Shown here piece by piece: positions 1 to 8,213 of a stretch of 64,000 nucleotides of DNA. Below the pieces are notes generated by a model. The model was not told the origin of the DNA and ran no database searches. It saw only the letters and a list, made by a program, of their open reading frames with translations. Numbering within the stretch: the stretch's first letter is position 1; each line of letters begins with the position of its first letter. The translations under genes were made by a program, and so were the position numbers. Source of the DNA: a virus; IMG/VR virus record IMGVR_UViG_3300044680_000048, positions 47,991-111,990 of that record; one strand, written 5' to 3'.

Positions 1-119
1 AAGACGTTAAGAAACATATTCAAAAGCATGGTGGGAAAGTAGAAATTTACTGCTAATGGGTAGTACTCTTCCCATTAAGCCCCGTTTTAAGAGTTAATGG
101 GTACACATTAACAGAAAAA

Positions 120-135
120 CCTCCCTCAGGGGAGG
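120..135 (-). terminator. candidate hairpin terminator (minus-strand sense)
   Basis: Inverted repeat CCTCCC/GGGAGG with a TCAG loop. The A-run before it on the + strand becomes a T-run after the hairpin on the minus strand. Weak call, because no minus-strand gene is evident upstream of it. Confidence 0.3.
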
Positions 136-440
136 CTACTACTAATGTTATTTTAGTATCTGCGGCAGTCTTACGACTACCCACCACCAACTTTCGTCGA
201 TGGGGCCTAAGAGCAAGTCTTAGGGTGGATTTCCTTCTACGTTATTCCGGCTAGTTACTTAAAACTCTCCATCGGTATACCCCAAGGGACCAAGAATAAC
301 GGCTTATGAAGGAAGTTAAATGAAGAAGGGGTTCGAACCTTTAGTTTCCCTTAAAGAAACTCCTTAATCATTTAATTACTCTTCCGGCAAGATTTTACTT
401 GCATCTTCCTCTGTACAATCGAGGGCTTTAATTAAGCGAC

Positions 441-452
441 GGAAGTTAGATT
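441..452 (+). promoter_or_regulatory. copy of GGAAGT-TAnAWT promoter-like motif
   Basis: GGAAGTTAGATT. The same core occurs at 658-669 and 32516-32527, and a weaker copy GGAAGTTAAATG at 311-322. Confidence 0.3.
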
Positions 453-653
453 GTCTTCCACGGTGGTCACGATCATTACCTACCCTGAAGACTTTGTAGG
501 TTATCAACCTACAACTTAAAGTTGATTTCCGAAATAAGAACGTCATATCAACTTAATAGCTAGATATTTTAGTACTACTATTTAGCTATCTTGGGGGGAA
601 GAAGTACGCAGAATTCTGTTCCCTCTTCCTTGTATATTTATTTTACCATACCT

Positions 654-669
654 TTCCGGAAGTTACAAT
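654..669 (+). promoter_or_regulatory. promoter-like element TTCCGGAAGTTACAAT
   Basis: A TTCCGGAA palindrome abuts a -10-like TACAAT about 30 nt upstream of the ATG at 701. An AGGAG SD lies at 690-694. Confidence 0.4.
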
Positions 670-700
670 CTCAAAAGTGTTAAATTTTTAGGAGAAGAAG

Positions 701-1081
701 ATGAAACGACCGGAAGGTTACTTTGGAAAACTACTAACAGTAGATTTTCTAGGTATAAGATCTGAACTCCTAGTAGATAAAGAGTTAATGGCTGAGGTTT
801 CCCGTCAAGTTATTAGTCTTGCGGCAATGACCATAATACAAGGTCCAGACATTTTCTATTATGAGCACCCAACAGACCCATTAGAGAGTGGACTTACCGG
901 ATGTACTATCCTCTCAGAAAGTCACTTCACATTTCACTCGTTCCAGAGAAGCGGGTTCCTAACCCTAGATCTGTATAGCTGTTCAGATTTTATTCCGGAA
1001 ACAATTATAAGTTACCTAAAGGGTGTATTTAACCCAACTTCAATGGAAACTAATGTTCACCTTAGAGGGAAGGGATACTAG
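701..1081 (+). CDS. speD: S-adenosylmethionine decarboxylase-like pyruvoyl enzyme (small class 1 SpeD/SpeH family)
   Basis: 126 aa. LSESHFTFHS matches the E-S-H self-cleavage motif (compare ESHxxxHTWPE), and LDLYSC matches the DxxTCG region. Good SD upstream. Confidence 0.75.
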   Translation: MKRPEGYFGKLLTVDFLGIRSELLVDKELMAEVSRQVISLAAMTIIQGPDIFYYEHPTDPLESGLTGCTILSESHFTFHSFQRSGFLTLDLYSCSDFIPETIISYLKGVFNPTSMETNVHLRGKGY

Positions 1082-1503
1082 GGTTTAATAACTCCTGCTT
1101 CTAGTTCGTCTCTTGTATATTCTATTTGTTCATCAATAAGTCCTGGGTCATAATAAGGTTCCGGAAAGTTAATTAATTTAACTGTTTGAGAATATGTATT
1201 GTAGATGCCTACAGCTATTCCCGTAGGAATATGTAGAGTACCACCAGTAGCTAAAACGTACTCTTTGGGTCCTGGTATACCTGGTTTGAAGAGAGTTACC
1301 TTTGCTGTTCCTTCTACACAGACATAATTAGAAGCTCTAATCTTATGTAGGTGAAACCCCTTGAAACAGTAGGGCTTAACGGTAGTCAAATAGGCTACTG
1401 TATGCTCCCCGTCTTTCTTTAATTCCATTAACTCACCATTAGTGAGATAGCCGGAAGAGTAGGTAATAACCTGCTTAGCCCAGCCAAGTTTTCCAAATTC
1501 CAT
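1078..1503 (-). CDS. cupin-fold sugar-nucleotide isomerase/epimerase-like protein (FdtA/WxcM-like)
   Basis: 141 aa. KGFHLHK...VCVEGTAKVTLF resembles the RGxHAHK...G signature of cupin 3,4-ketoisomerases. An RmlC-like epimerase is an alternative. Confidence 0.45.
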   Translation of the reverse strand: MEFGKLGWAKQVITYSSGYLTNGELMELKKDGEHTVAYLTTVKPYCFKGFHLHKIRASNYVCVEGTAKVTLFKPGIPGPKEYVLATGGTLHIPTGIAVGIYNTYSQTVKLINFPEPYYDPGLIDEQIEYTRDELEAGVIKP

Positions 1504-1505
1504 AA

Positions 1506-1772
1506 TTATCTAACCTCTTGAAGCATACGTGCTAGACGGGGATGGCAATAATAACCTTCCTTTTCTAGTAAAACTTTAACAGCAAGAAGGGCGTCATGTC
1601 CATTCATTAGACGCTTATACTTCTCTAAAGGCATATATCTTACTTTACCCTTAATCTTGCCGGAAGTATTTCTTTTCTTGCTATTAAAGTTATTCCGGCA
1701 CCTAATAGTGCAGTAGATATGAGCCGGATGTTTCATCTCAAACTGCCTTCCGCAATTGTCACAGATATCCAT
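1506..1772 (-). CDS. hypothetical zinc-ribbon protein
   Basis: 88 aa with CDNCG...CTIRC (CxxC...CxxxC) and a basic tail. Tightly packed with its neighbours. Confidence 0.5.
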   Translation of the reverse strand: MDICDNCGRQFEMKHPAHIYCTIRCRNNFNSKKRNTSGKIKGKVRYMPLEKYKRLMNGHDALLAVKVLLEKEGYYCHPRLARMLQEVR

Positions 1773-1784
1773 GAAAAATTCCTC

Positions 1785-2087
1785 CTAATTGTTACCTAAC
1801 TTTTTTAACTTGAAGAACTTTATAATCCGTTTAAGTGTTTTTGGTATATCATAACCTTCGGTTATATCTTCCATATATGAAACAGTCTCTCTATAACCTA
1901 TATGTAAGTCTATGTAAGCCTCATTATCAATTAAAGATATATCTGCCCGAAGGTTCTTCCGGACCCAGGAGAAATAAATACAGTTACTATCTACTATCTT
2001 AAAATAGTCCTTATTTAATTTGGGTTCCATTGACTCTAGCCAAACTTCTAGAGCCTTGGATCGATTTTCACATAAATTGGTTCTCAT
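1785..2087 (-). CDS. hypothetical protein (100 aa)
   Basis: ORF-track ORF oriented like its neighbours. Its ATG overlaps the stop of the upstream mini-ORF (ATGA). Confidence 0.5.
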   Translation of the reverse strand: MRTNLCENRSKALEVWLESMEPKLNKDYFKIVDSNCIYFSWVRKNLRADISLIDNEAYIDLHIGYRETVSYMEDITEGYDIPKTLKRIIKFFKLKKLGNN

Positions 2088-2203
2088 ACATTTAATACCA
2101 TGCTTAGTTCAAGAAGAAGAAGTCCACGTTCTAGGGGGTCTTTCTCTTCCAGAAACCTTTTAAGAATTTGAGAAGCTAACCTCACCACATCACCGCTTTC
2201 CAT
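2084..2203 (-). CDS. hypothetical small protein (39 aa)
   Basis: Hand-translated as MESGDVVRLASQILKRFLEEKDPLERGLLLLELSMVLNV. AGGAG lies 7 nt upstream and an ATGA overlap joins it to the next gene. Below the ORF-track cutoff. Confidence 0.4.
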   Translation of the reverse strand: MESGDVVRLASQILKRFLEEKDPLERGLLLLELSMVLNV

Positions 2204-2232
2204 AGATGAACTCCTGTTGGTTTACAGAAATC

Positions 2233-2261
2233 AATATACAACAACCGGAATCTATTGTCAA
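2233..2261 (-). promoter_or_regulatory. sigma70-type promoter TTGACA-N17-TATATT
   Basis: The minus strand reads TTGACA (2261-2256), 17 nt, then TATATT (2238-2233). It lies directly after a terminator and upstream of the 2203 mini-ORF operon. Confidence 0.55.
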
Positions 2262-2262
2262 T

Positions 2263-2290
2263 ACAGAAAAACCTCCCATTTCTGGTAGGT
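2263..2290 (-). terminator. intrinsic terminator after gene 2326-2844
   Basis: Stem ACCTCCC/GGTAGGT (one mismatch) with a 6-nt loop, followed on the minus strand by TTTTT. Confidence 0.5.
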
Positions 2291-2325
2291 CTTTAAGTTC
2301 ATAATCGAGACAGTAATATTTTAAC

Positions 2326-2844
2326 TTACTTGACTTTTGGTTCTTTGACAGAAGTGTTAAGTTTTTCTTCCTTTTTCAAATCAAGAGCAGTCTTACGGGT
2401 CTTAAGCTTAGCTTTTTCGGTCAATTCGACTTCCATCTCTTTGAGGATATCTCTTGGGGAAGTTTTATCCAACATAGAGGTATAGAGATTCATATACTTC
2501 TGATTCTTAACTGAAATGGGGTCTGAATTGAAGACACCGGAACGGTAATGGCAAGAACGCATTACTCTCTTGGCAAACTCCTTATCATTAGTATCAATAA
2601 TCCCGTCTTCACTTTCCGCTACCCAAGAAGCCACAAGATGCTCTTCTGTATGAAGATGTTCTGGAATGATAGGTTGGCCGGTAGCCGTAGCCCCTAGCTT
2701 ATTCTTCTTACTAAGGATTTCTTGATATTCTTCACAGAGAGTGGGATCAAAGAATTGAGCTTCTCCGGAAATCTGCCCATCAAGGTCAATTTTTGCGCCG
2801 TCTTTAGCCGGTCTAACAGCTAGTCGATAAAATGAAAGCTTCAT
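2326..2844 (-). CDS. hypothetical protein (172 aa)
   Basis: First ORF of the leftward unit, with a lysine-rich C-terminus. No motif recognised. Confidence 0.55.
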   Translation of the reverse strand: MKLSFYRLAVRPAKDGAKIDLDGQISGEAQFFDPTLCEEYQEILSKKNKLGATATGQPIIPEHLHTEEHLVASWVAESEDGIIDTNDKEFAKRVMRSCHYRSGVFNSDPISVKNQKYMNLYTSMLDKTSPRDILKEMEVELTEKAKLKTRKTALDLKKEEKLNTSVKEPKVK

Positions 2845-2868
2845 TTAATATTCAAATTCCTATATAGG

Positions 2869-2877
2869 TGGTATACT
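2869..2877 (+). promoter_or_regulatory. extended -10 promoter TGgTATACT
   Basis: TGnTATACT lies 33 nt upstream of the ATG at 2910, in a divergent intergenic region. Confidence 0.35.
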
Positions 2878-2909
2878 ATGTATGTTAGAAGCTAGTGGGT
2901 CAATAAGAA

Positions 2910-3230
2910 ATGGATGATAAATTTAAGCTTAAAAGAACTGGAACACCCTTATCCGAAATTTGGAGCATTTACTCTGGACCCACAGGTAGAAGCGACTACC
3001 TATTAAAAGAATTAGAGGGTTTAGGATTTGATTCTGTGGAGAGGCTTTATAGTAGTATTATAGGGTCTCCCGAAGCTTTTCAAGTGTTTTTTAAAGTTCA
3101 TGGGGAAAACCTAAGTACCCTTATAGGGATACTTGAAGCGTATCTTCCCGTTTCTTTTATTAAAGAGGTTAAGGAGTATATAGCTCCTGAATATGGTATG
3201 GGTCTAGTCTTGCCGGAAGACTTTGGATAG
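2910..3230 (+). CDS. hypothetical protein (106 aa)
   Basis: ORF-track ORF at the head of a rightward 5-gene block. No motif recognised. Confidence 0.5.
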   Translation: MDDKFKLKRTGTPLSEIWSIYSGPTGRSDYLLKELEGLGFDSVERLYSSIIGSPEAFQVFFKVHGENLSTLIGILEAYLPVSFIKEVKEYIAPEYGMGLVLPEDFG

Positions 3231-3565
3231 TGGGACAGCGGGGAGAATATGAAGACCTTATGGGAAAGACTTTTACTGATCTATATGTAGAGGGTCCGGC
3301 AGACTCTAGATGGGAATCCGGAAAGGTTAAATACTACTGGACAGTAAGATGTTCCTGTGGTACTATTTTTGAGGCTAGGGGGTCAGCACTTAAGCACGGT
3401 TCCCCCCAATCTTGTTTTCCCTGTGGAAGAAAGAGAGCCGGAAGAACTAATCACATCAGAAAATCTAAAATTATGCAGTGTATTAGAGAAACTGTTAAGG
3501 ACATGTATGATGCTGGAGTTATGTCAGAAGAAGAATTTACAAACTTTAAGGATATATTTGTATGA
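3230..3565 (+). CDS. hypothetical zinc-ribbon protein related to the N-terminus of the HNH ORF at 55548
   Basis: GTG start abutting the upstream stop. FTDLYVEG...W.VRCSCG...SCFPCG parallels LTGSTCGRYQVI...FKCLCNLCG in ORF 55548-56243. It lacks the HNH half. Confidence 0.5.
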   Translation: MGQRGEYEDLMGKTFTDLYVEGPADSRWESGKVKYYWTVRCSCGTIFEARGSALKHGSPQSCFPCGRKRAGRTNHIRKSKIMQCIRETVKDMYDAGVMSEEEFTNFKDIFV

Positions 3566-3777
3566 AGATTGAAAGATACGAGAACTATTATGGAGAGCAA
3601 GAGCTAACTTTCTGGTTTGGTAATAATTATTTCATGTTTGACTCCAAGGGTAACTTTGAATTCTTAGCTGCAGGTTATGGTAGTGGTTATGAAGTTGTTC
3701 CAGATATAACTAAACGGGACACACTTAGCAAAGAAGAACGGGAAATCCTTATTAAATTCCTTCAGGAGATTGAATGA
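3562..3777 (+). CDS. hypothetical protein (71 aa)
   Basis: Overlapping start/stop junctions with both neighbours. Confidence 0.5.
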   Translation: MKIERYENYYGEQELTFWFGNNYFMFDSKGNFEFLAAGYGSGYEVVPDITKRDTLSKEEREILIKFLQEIE

Positions 3778-4256
3778 AAGGACAGAAGCAAGTATTCTCT
3801 AGTACATATCAAAATTGGGAGACTCCTAAACCTTTATTTAATAGGTTACATGAAAGATTTAATTTTACTATAGATCTTGCCGCAAGCCCTGATAACCATC
3901 TATTACCTAGATTCTATACAGAAGAAGATAATTCCCTAATTCAATCTTGGGTAGATGAACGGGGGTTCACTAACCCTCCTTATAATATAGCTCCAGAATT
4001 CATTGAAAAGTCCTATATGGAAGTAGCTTATGGGTGTATGGAGTTGAATCTTTTATTGGTTCCGGCAAGAACTAGTAACAAAGAGTGGGAAGAATTTGTA
4101 TTCCCTCATGCGGAGGAGTTGATTTTTATCAATGGACGTGTTAAGTTTGGTAATAGTCCAACCGGTGCTCCTTTTCCTTCTGTTTGTATACTCTTCCGGG
4201 AAGACAATTGCGGGAAAGGTCCTAAAGTCAGTTGGATATCAGTAAGAGGTGAATAA
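3774..4256 (+). CDS. DNA N6-adenine methyltransferase (phage Dam-type)
   Basis: 160 aa. The motif order WETP...FNFTIDLAAS...N...FYTEEDNSL..W...FTNPPYN...LLVPARTSN.W...NGRVKF is typical of the phage Dam (PF05869-like) family, with an NPPY catalytic motif. Confidence 0.85.
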   Translation: MKGQKQVFSSTYQNWETPKPLFNRLHERFNFTIDLAASPDNHLLPRFYTEEDNSLIQSWVDERGFTNPPYNIAPEFIEKSYMEVAYGCMELNLLLVPARTSNKEWEEFVFPHAEELIFINGRVKFGNSPTGAPFPSVCILFREDNCGKGPKVSWISVRGE

Positions 4257-4327
4257 TGGGGATAGATAGAAGCGCGGCAGTCTGTTTTGGGGCAAAGATT
4301 CCCTATAAACTTATGCAGGAAAGTTAG

Positions 4328-4588
4328 ATGAAACGGGAAGATTTTAAAATTGGAGAACAGTTTTATACAGGTTCCGGAAGATGGATATGTACAGATAAAG
4401 GTACTAAGAATATACTAGCAATAAAGACGGAAGACCATTCCGGCAAGGCTCTTTTAAGTAATCAAGACTGGGAATGGATTAAGGGGAAACATGAAGACAT
4501 GCTTCATGTTTCAATCTTCCATATTAATGATTGGGATGGATGTTCCTTAAAGAATGATTGGGCTAATAGAGTAAGGCGGGAAAGATGA
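4328..4588 (+). CDS. hypothetical protein (86 aa)
   Basis: Last ORF of the rightward block, ahead of a bidirectional terminator. Confidence 0.5.
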   Translation: MKREDFKIGEQFYTGSGRWICTDKGTKNILAIKTEDHSGKALLSNQDWEWIKGKHEDMLHVSIFHINDWDGCSLKNDWANRVRRER

Positions 4589-4714
4589 TTGAAATTAAAA
4601 TTCCTTTTTGATATAGGGCAAGATGTCTACCCTATTAGATTATTTGATTACGAAATCATAACCTGCCCCAATTAAACATGATGAGAGTCCTAAAAGAGAA
4701 ATAACCTAAAGGAA

Positions 4715-4739
4715 AGCCTCCCAATTGGGAGGCTTTTTA
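4715..4739. terminator. bidirectional intrinsic terminator
   Basis: Perfect stem AGCCTCCC/GGGAGGCT with an AATT loop. TTTTT follows on the + side and an A-run precedes it. It sits between convergent genes 4328-4588 (+) and 4771-5964 (-). Confidence 0.7.
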
Positions 4740-4770
4740 TTGGTCTTATTTGGTAACTAACAGAACACGC

Positions 4771-5964
4771 CTAAGAATGCCCTGTGAGCAAACAGCGGCT
4801 CTGAGCAAGGGGGTCACATAACGATATTAAATCGAACAGAACACTCAAGTGATAGAGGTTAGTTACTGGCCTTTCCACTAAAAAACTTCCAGGCTTGCCT
4901 TGCATATGGAACTTAGCCAGTTGAGGAAGCGAAGCACGGAAGAACATAGTAGTTCCGGTAGGCATCTGCATATCTCTGATGAAGGGGATAGCAAGTCCGT
5001 TATTGTCTTCGTAGATCATTTGGATATCGCCAGGCTCAAGTCCTAGTCCGGCAAGTCTCTTTACGAGTACTTCGTCATAGCCCATTTTTGCCAGCGGCTC
5101 ATTGCCGGGGTAGCGGTTGATCATCAAGTTACGGATAACAGGGATCTGGGTGTTATTGGTTAAAGCAACAACATCATTTAGAGCGTCAAAACCGAAGAAG
5201 GCAGCTAACTGTGTGATAGCTTGAGCAATCAAAGCATCAGTGAGGTTTCCCCCGCCTACTGCAATTGGTCCTACGGTTGATCTCGTTACCATACCACCAA
5301 GAGATGGGATATTAGGGAGAGCTTCATCGGTATTTTCCAGAGCACTCAAGAGCAGAGGGTTCATGGTCCGTTCCATACGGATCATTGCTTTCTGGATTTG
5401 TGCTTGGAGTTCATTCCGGCGGTAAGGTGATTGAGCAGCAAGTTCTTCCGCCATAAAAGAAACGTTAATCTGTTGACCGATAGCCATCAGGGTATTAGTT
5501 CTTTCCGACAAGACTGACTGTTGAACTGCTGGGAGATTACCTTCTACGTTGAAAGCTGACAATTGGTCATTACCAATGGTTTCTTCCGGAATCCGGATCT
5601 GATAATCAGTTGCCGGGAAAGAAGGTTTCTTTTTCAGGATGTTAAGGAATTTGGCTTCCGTATTAACAATCTGAGCAATATAAGGATAGAGACTTACGAT
5701 TCTTACTGGACCAAGGTCTACTCCGGTAACGTCTTTATTAACTACCATAGTAGAGAATGCGTCCGAGGAGTCGGTATTCATTCTTACCGGCATATTCTTT
5801 AGAAGACGGCTAACCTTTTCACGGGTTTGGCTATCTTTGCACTCTTGGTACAAGATAACATCGATAGGTTGCGGATCAGCTTTCTGAATCGGAACCAGAG
5901 CTTGGTTCCCCGCACTCTTGTTTTGAAGATTAGATACCAGATCTTCTGCGCCAAATTGAGACAT
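4771..5964 (-). CDS. major capsid protein (putative, HK97-fold position)
   Basis: 397-aa ORF immediately downstream of the protease/scaffold gene on the same strand, ending at a strong terminator. Size and position are typical, but there is no motif-level proof. Confidence 0.6.
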   Translation of the reverse strand: MSQFGAEDLVSNLQNKSAGNQALVPIQKADPQPIDVILYQECKDSQTREKVSRLLKNMPVRMNTDSSDAFSTMVVNKDVTGVDLGPVRIVSLYPYIAQIVNTEAKFLNILKKKPSFPATDYQIRIPEETIGNDQLSAFNVEGNLPAVQQSVLSERTNTLMAIGQQINVSFMAEELAAQSPYRRNELQAQIQKAMIRMERTMNPLLLSALENTDEALPNIPSLGGMVTRSTVGPIAVGGGNLTDALIAQAITQLAAFFGFDALNDVVALTNNTQIPVIRNLMINRYPGNEPLAKMGYDEVLVKRLAGLGLEPGDIQMIYEDNNGLAIPFIRDMQMPTGTTMFFRASLPQLAKFHMQGKPGSFLVERPVTNLYHLSVLFDLISLCDPLAQSRCLLTGHS

Positions 5965-5974
5965 TAATAACTCC

Positions 5975-8149
5975 TTACTGTTGGGCCCAATTGGCCATGA
6001 TGAAACTGTCTAGTGTGTTTGCCGGTTGAGTAGCTTTATTTACTTCAACAGCTTTGTTCTGGATCTCAAGAACTTTTTCTACAAGTTCTTCCGCACTGGT
6101 GGAAGCAGCGGCTTCTACAGCCTTACTAATTGATTCGACCATTTTGGCAAGCTCCCCAATCAGTTTTGATTGATCAGCCTGGATTGATTTCTGTGCTTCT
6201 ACAGCAGCGACAAGCTTGTTGACTTTTTCAACAGCTTCCTTGTTAGAAGCAACAAGAGACTTTATTGTTAGGTTGGTTTCCGGAGAGAGTGAAGCTTCTA
6301 CAGATTTACCAAGCTTTACGGAAGTCGGATCTTTATCTTCCGATTTTCCTAGTTTGACGGAAGTAGGGTCACTATCTTCGTTAGTAATTTTCTTAGTGTC
6401 GTTATCACCGTCGCGGTCTTCACCGCCAACACCCTCATCACCATCAGGTTCTTTGTGGGCCTTAACACACTCATCATCTTCTTCAGACTTCATGCACTCA
6501 TCTTCTTCAGCAGAAGCTTTAGTGGAAACATCTTCGTACTTAGAAGGATCAGCATCACCGGAACCCGGATTTAGCTTAACCGCATCTTTTTCTTCTTTTG
6601 CCACTGATTTACTATCCTGTATAGTGTTAACGTTAATTATTGTAGCGGAGGATTTATTTTGTGTTAAATTATCTCTCAAAGAAGAGGCATGAACATTTAG
6701 AAGTGTCCCAAAAGCCTCATAAGAATTAACTGCCCCTTCTGGCAATTCCATATTATGTGTCCAGATGGTAGGGCGTTCAGCAGATTTAGCAGCTTCAAGA
6801 CGATGATGACCATCAATCATATAGATATCTCCATTGCGGGAGATAGTCATTCCACCATCAAAATTTCCTTCTTTAACAAATTGTGCAACTTTTTCTGCGT
6901 CTACGGCAGACTGAGTTGGTTTAACTTGTTCCGGACGAACCTGAACAAGGGGAAGACCCTTATATAATCCTGGATTACTAATCAATGCCTTAACAACAGA
7001 AAACTCAAATTCACTTTTAAGAAAGTCTGGATACAGGGTTTTATTGATGGATTCTGTTAAAGATTTCTGTTCAGGAGGTCCGGAAGAATCTATTTCTCTT
7101 TTCCAAGCAGCCTTAATCTTAGATTTTATATGAGAAAGTTCTTCAGAGGAGTACTCTGAAGAATTCCTTTCTTGATGAATGTAATTCCAAGCTGCTCTGA
7201 TGTGCTCTTCTGTATCTATAGGATAACGAGGTTTTTTATCTTCCTGGTAACCAGGATCTGCGTATTCTACATCCCCATAAGGTTTTTTCGCTTTCATCAT
7301 TGCTGCTTCAGGAGCATTATCACACTCATGAGCATTATCTTCCGGTTCATCTCTATAGGCTTCTGGATCAGTAACTCCACCACCATTAGGGGGAGAAATA
7401 GTAGCTTTATCCTCAAGGGCTTTTTGTTGAAGAGATTTGATTGCGGTTTTCATTCGAGCGGGAACATTTACAACCGATCTTTCTAGGTAGCGGGCAACTT
7501 TATTAATAGTTACTGAAACAGGTTTGCCGGATTCATCCACCTGTCCCGGTTCATGTGGGCAGGCATAAGAATAAATAGACATGTTACAGGAACTACAAAC
7601 TTTATGGTTGGGGTCTACTAAAATACCTACAGAAATAGAACGAACAGTACCGTTTTTTATTCCTTTTATAAGAGGAGCATGGTAATCCTCAAGAGGAATG
7701 CCCCATGTTTCTCTAGGACCTTCTTTAGTCATCCTAGAAGAAAGGCAGATACCTAATGGAGGGAGATTATTAAGATTATGTGAATGATCCATGAGGACGG
7801 GAGTAGCTGGTCCACCGTCTACTATGTCCTGTTCAGCATCTTTGGAGAACTTATCTCCTTGTACATCAACCTCATTTCCAAGGCCTAGAACGTTAATATT
7901 ACGTAAAACCATCCACTGGTGGGCTTCTTGGGGCACAACAGAAAATTCATTAATGAGTTTCATTTCTTCCATAGAAGGAGATAAACTTTGATTCTCCTCT
8001 ACCATTGTCTTAGCAGCTTTAAGAGTTCCGGTACTTCCCATACTCTTATACATAACTAAGCCGGTCTCTTCTTCAGGTTCCGGCAAAGACTTCTTGATAG
8101 AAACTGCTCTTACTTCTTCCGGAAGGACTTTTTTAAATTCTTCTACCAC
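5975..8149 (-). CDS. prohead protease / ParB-like domain / scaffold fusion protein
   Basis: 724 aa.
- N-terminus: PVLMDHSHN...PLG and GTVRSISVG resemble the HK97-type (S78-like) prohead protease.
- Middle: KPYGDVEYADPGYQEDKKPRYPIDTEEHIRAAWNYI is a motif common in phage head proteins.
- After that: VKPTQ...GDIYMIDGHHRLEAA is a ParB/Srx-type N-terminal domain.
- C-terminus: acidic, followed by coiled-coil-like sequence typical of scaffolds. Confidence 0.75.
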   Translation of the reverse strand: MVEEFKKVLPEEVRAVSIKKSLPEPEEETGLVMYKSMGSTGTLKAAKTMVEENQSLSPSMEEMKLINEFSVVPQEAHQWMVLRNINVLGLGNEVDVQGDKFSKDAEQDIVDGGPATPVLMDHSHNLNNLPPLGICLSSRMTKEGPRETWGIPLEDYHAPLIKGIKNGTVRSISVGILVDPNHKVCSSCNMSIYSYACPHEPGQVDESGKPVSVTINKVARYLERSVVNVPARMKTAIKSLQQKALEDKATISPPNGGGVTDPEAYRDEPEDNAHECDNAPEAAMMKAKKPYGDVEYADPGYQEDKKPRYPIDTEEHIRAAWNYIHQERNSSEYSSEELSHIKSKIKAAWKREIDSSGPPEQKSLTESINKTLYPDFLKSEFEFSVVKALISNPGLYKGLPLVQVRPEQVKPTQSAVDAEKVAQFVKEGNFDGGMTISRNGDIYMIDGHHRLEAAKSAERPTIWTHNMELPEGAVNSYEAFGTLLNVHASSLRDNLTQNKSSATIINVNTIQDSKSVAKEEKDAVKLNPGSGDADPSKYEDVSTKASAEEDECMKSEEDDECVKAHKEPDGDEGVGGEDRDGDNDTKKITNEDSDPTSVKLGKSEDKDPTSVKLGKSVEASLSPETNLTIKSLVASNKEAVEKVNKLVAAVEAQKSIQADQSKLIGELAKMVESISKAVEAAASTSAEELVEKVLEIQNKAVEVNKATQPANTLDSFIMANWAQQ
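6302..6370 (-). repeat. tandem 39-nt coding repeat (DPTSVKLGKS x2)
   Basis: Two adjacent copies encode DPTSVKLGKS(EDK/VEA). They differ mostly at synonymous positions. Confidence 0.6.
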
Positions 8150-8198
8150 TAAATTTGCCTATTATAAAGATAACAGTCTAAATTTTAGCTGTTACTTC

Positions 8199-8207
8199 TG
8201 GTATAAT
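8199..8207 (+). promoter_or_regulatory. extended -10 promoter TGgTATAAT for the tRNA
   Basis: TGGTATAAT, with TATAAT at 8202-8207, lies exactly 6 nt before tRNA position 1 (8214). Confidence 0.5.
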
Positions 8208-8213
8208 AAAATT

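Noticed and set aside
325-365. A tRNA-like T-loop GGTTCGAACC (329-338), next to a 6-bp hairpin whose loop CCTTAAA could present a UUA anticodon. This was considered as an ochre suppressor tRNA that might decode the TAA in terL.
   Set aside because: - No cloverleaf can be drawn.
- On the + strand the T-arm precedes the anticodon-like hairpin.
- On the minus strand there is no D-arm, the variable loop would be 1 nt, and only 5 of 7 acceptor pairs form.
- Position 33 would be C.
3357-3572. Alternative-frame ORFs nested in called genes. Examples are 3357-3572, 26904-27116, 39160-39366 and 58809-59015, plus antisense ORFs such as 26648-26935, 27841-28134, 61558-62379 and 63194-63439.
   Set aside because: They are fully contained in longer ORFs that carry clear family motifs, and they have no independent support.
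6216-7486. Plus-strand ORFs of 70-158 aa (6216, 6755 and 7172) opposite the protease-scaffold gene.
   Set aside because: They are antisense to a gene with multiple recognisable domains, their translations are low-complexity Ser/Phe/Ile-rich, and they have no SD.
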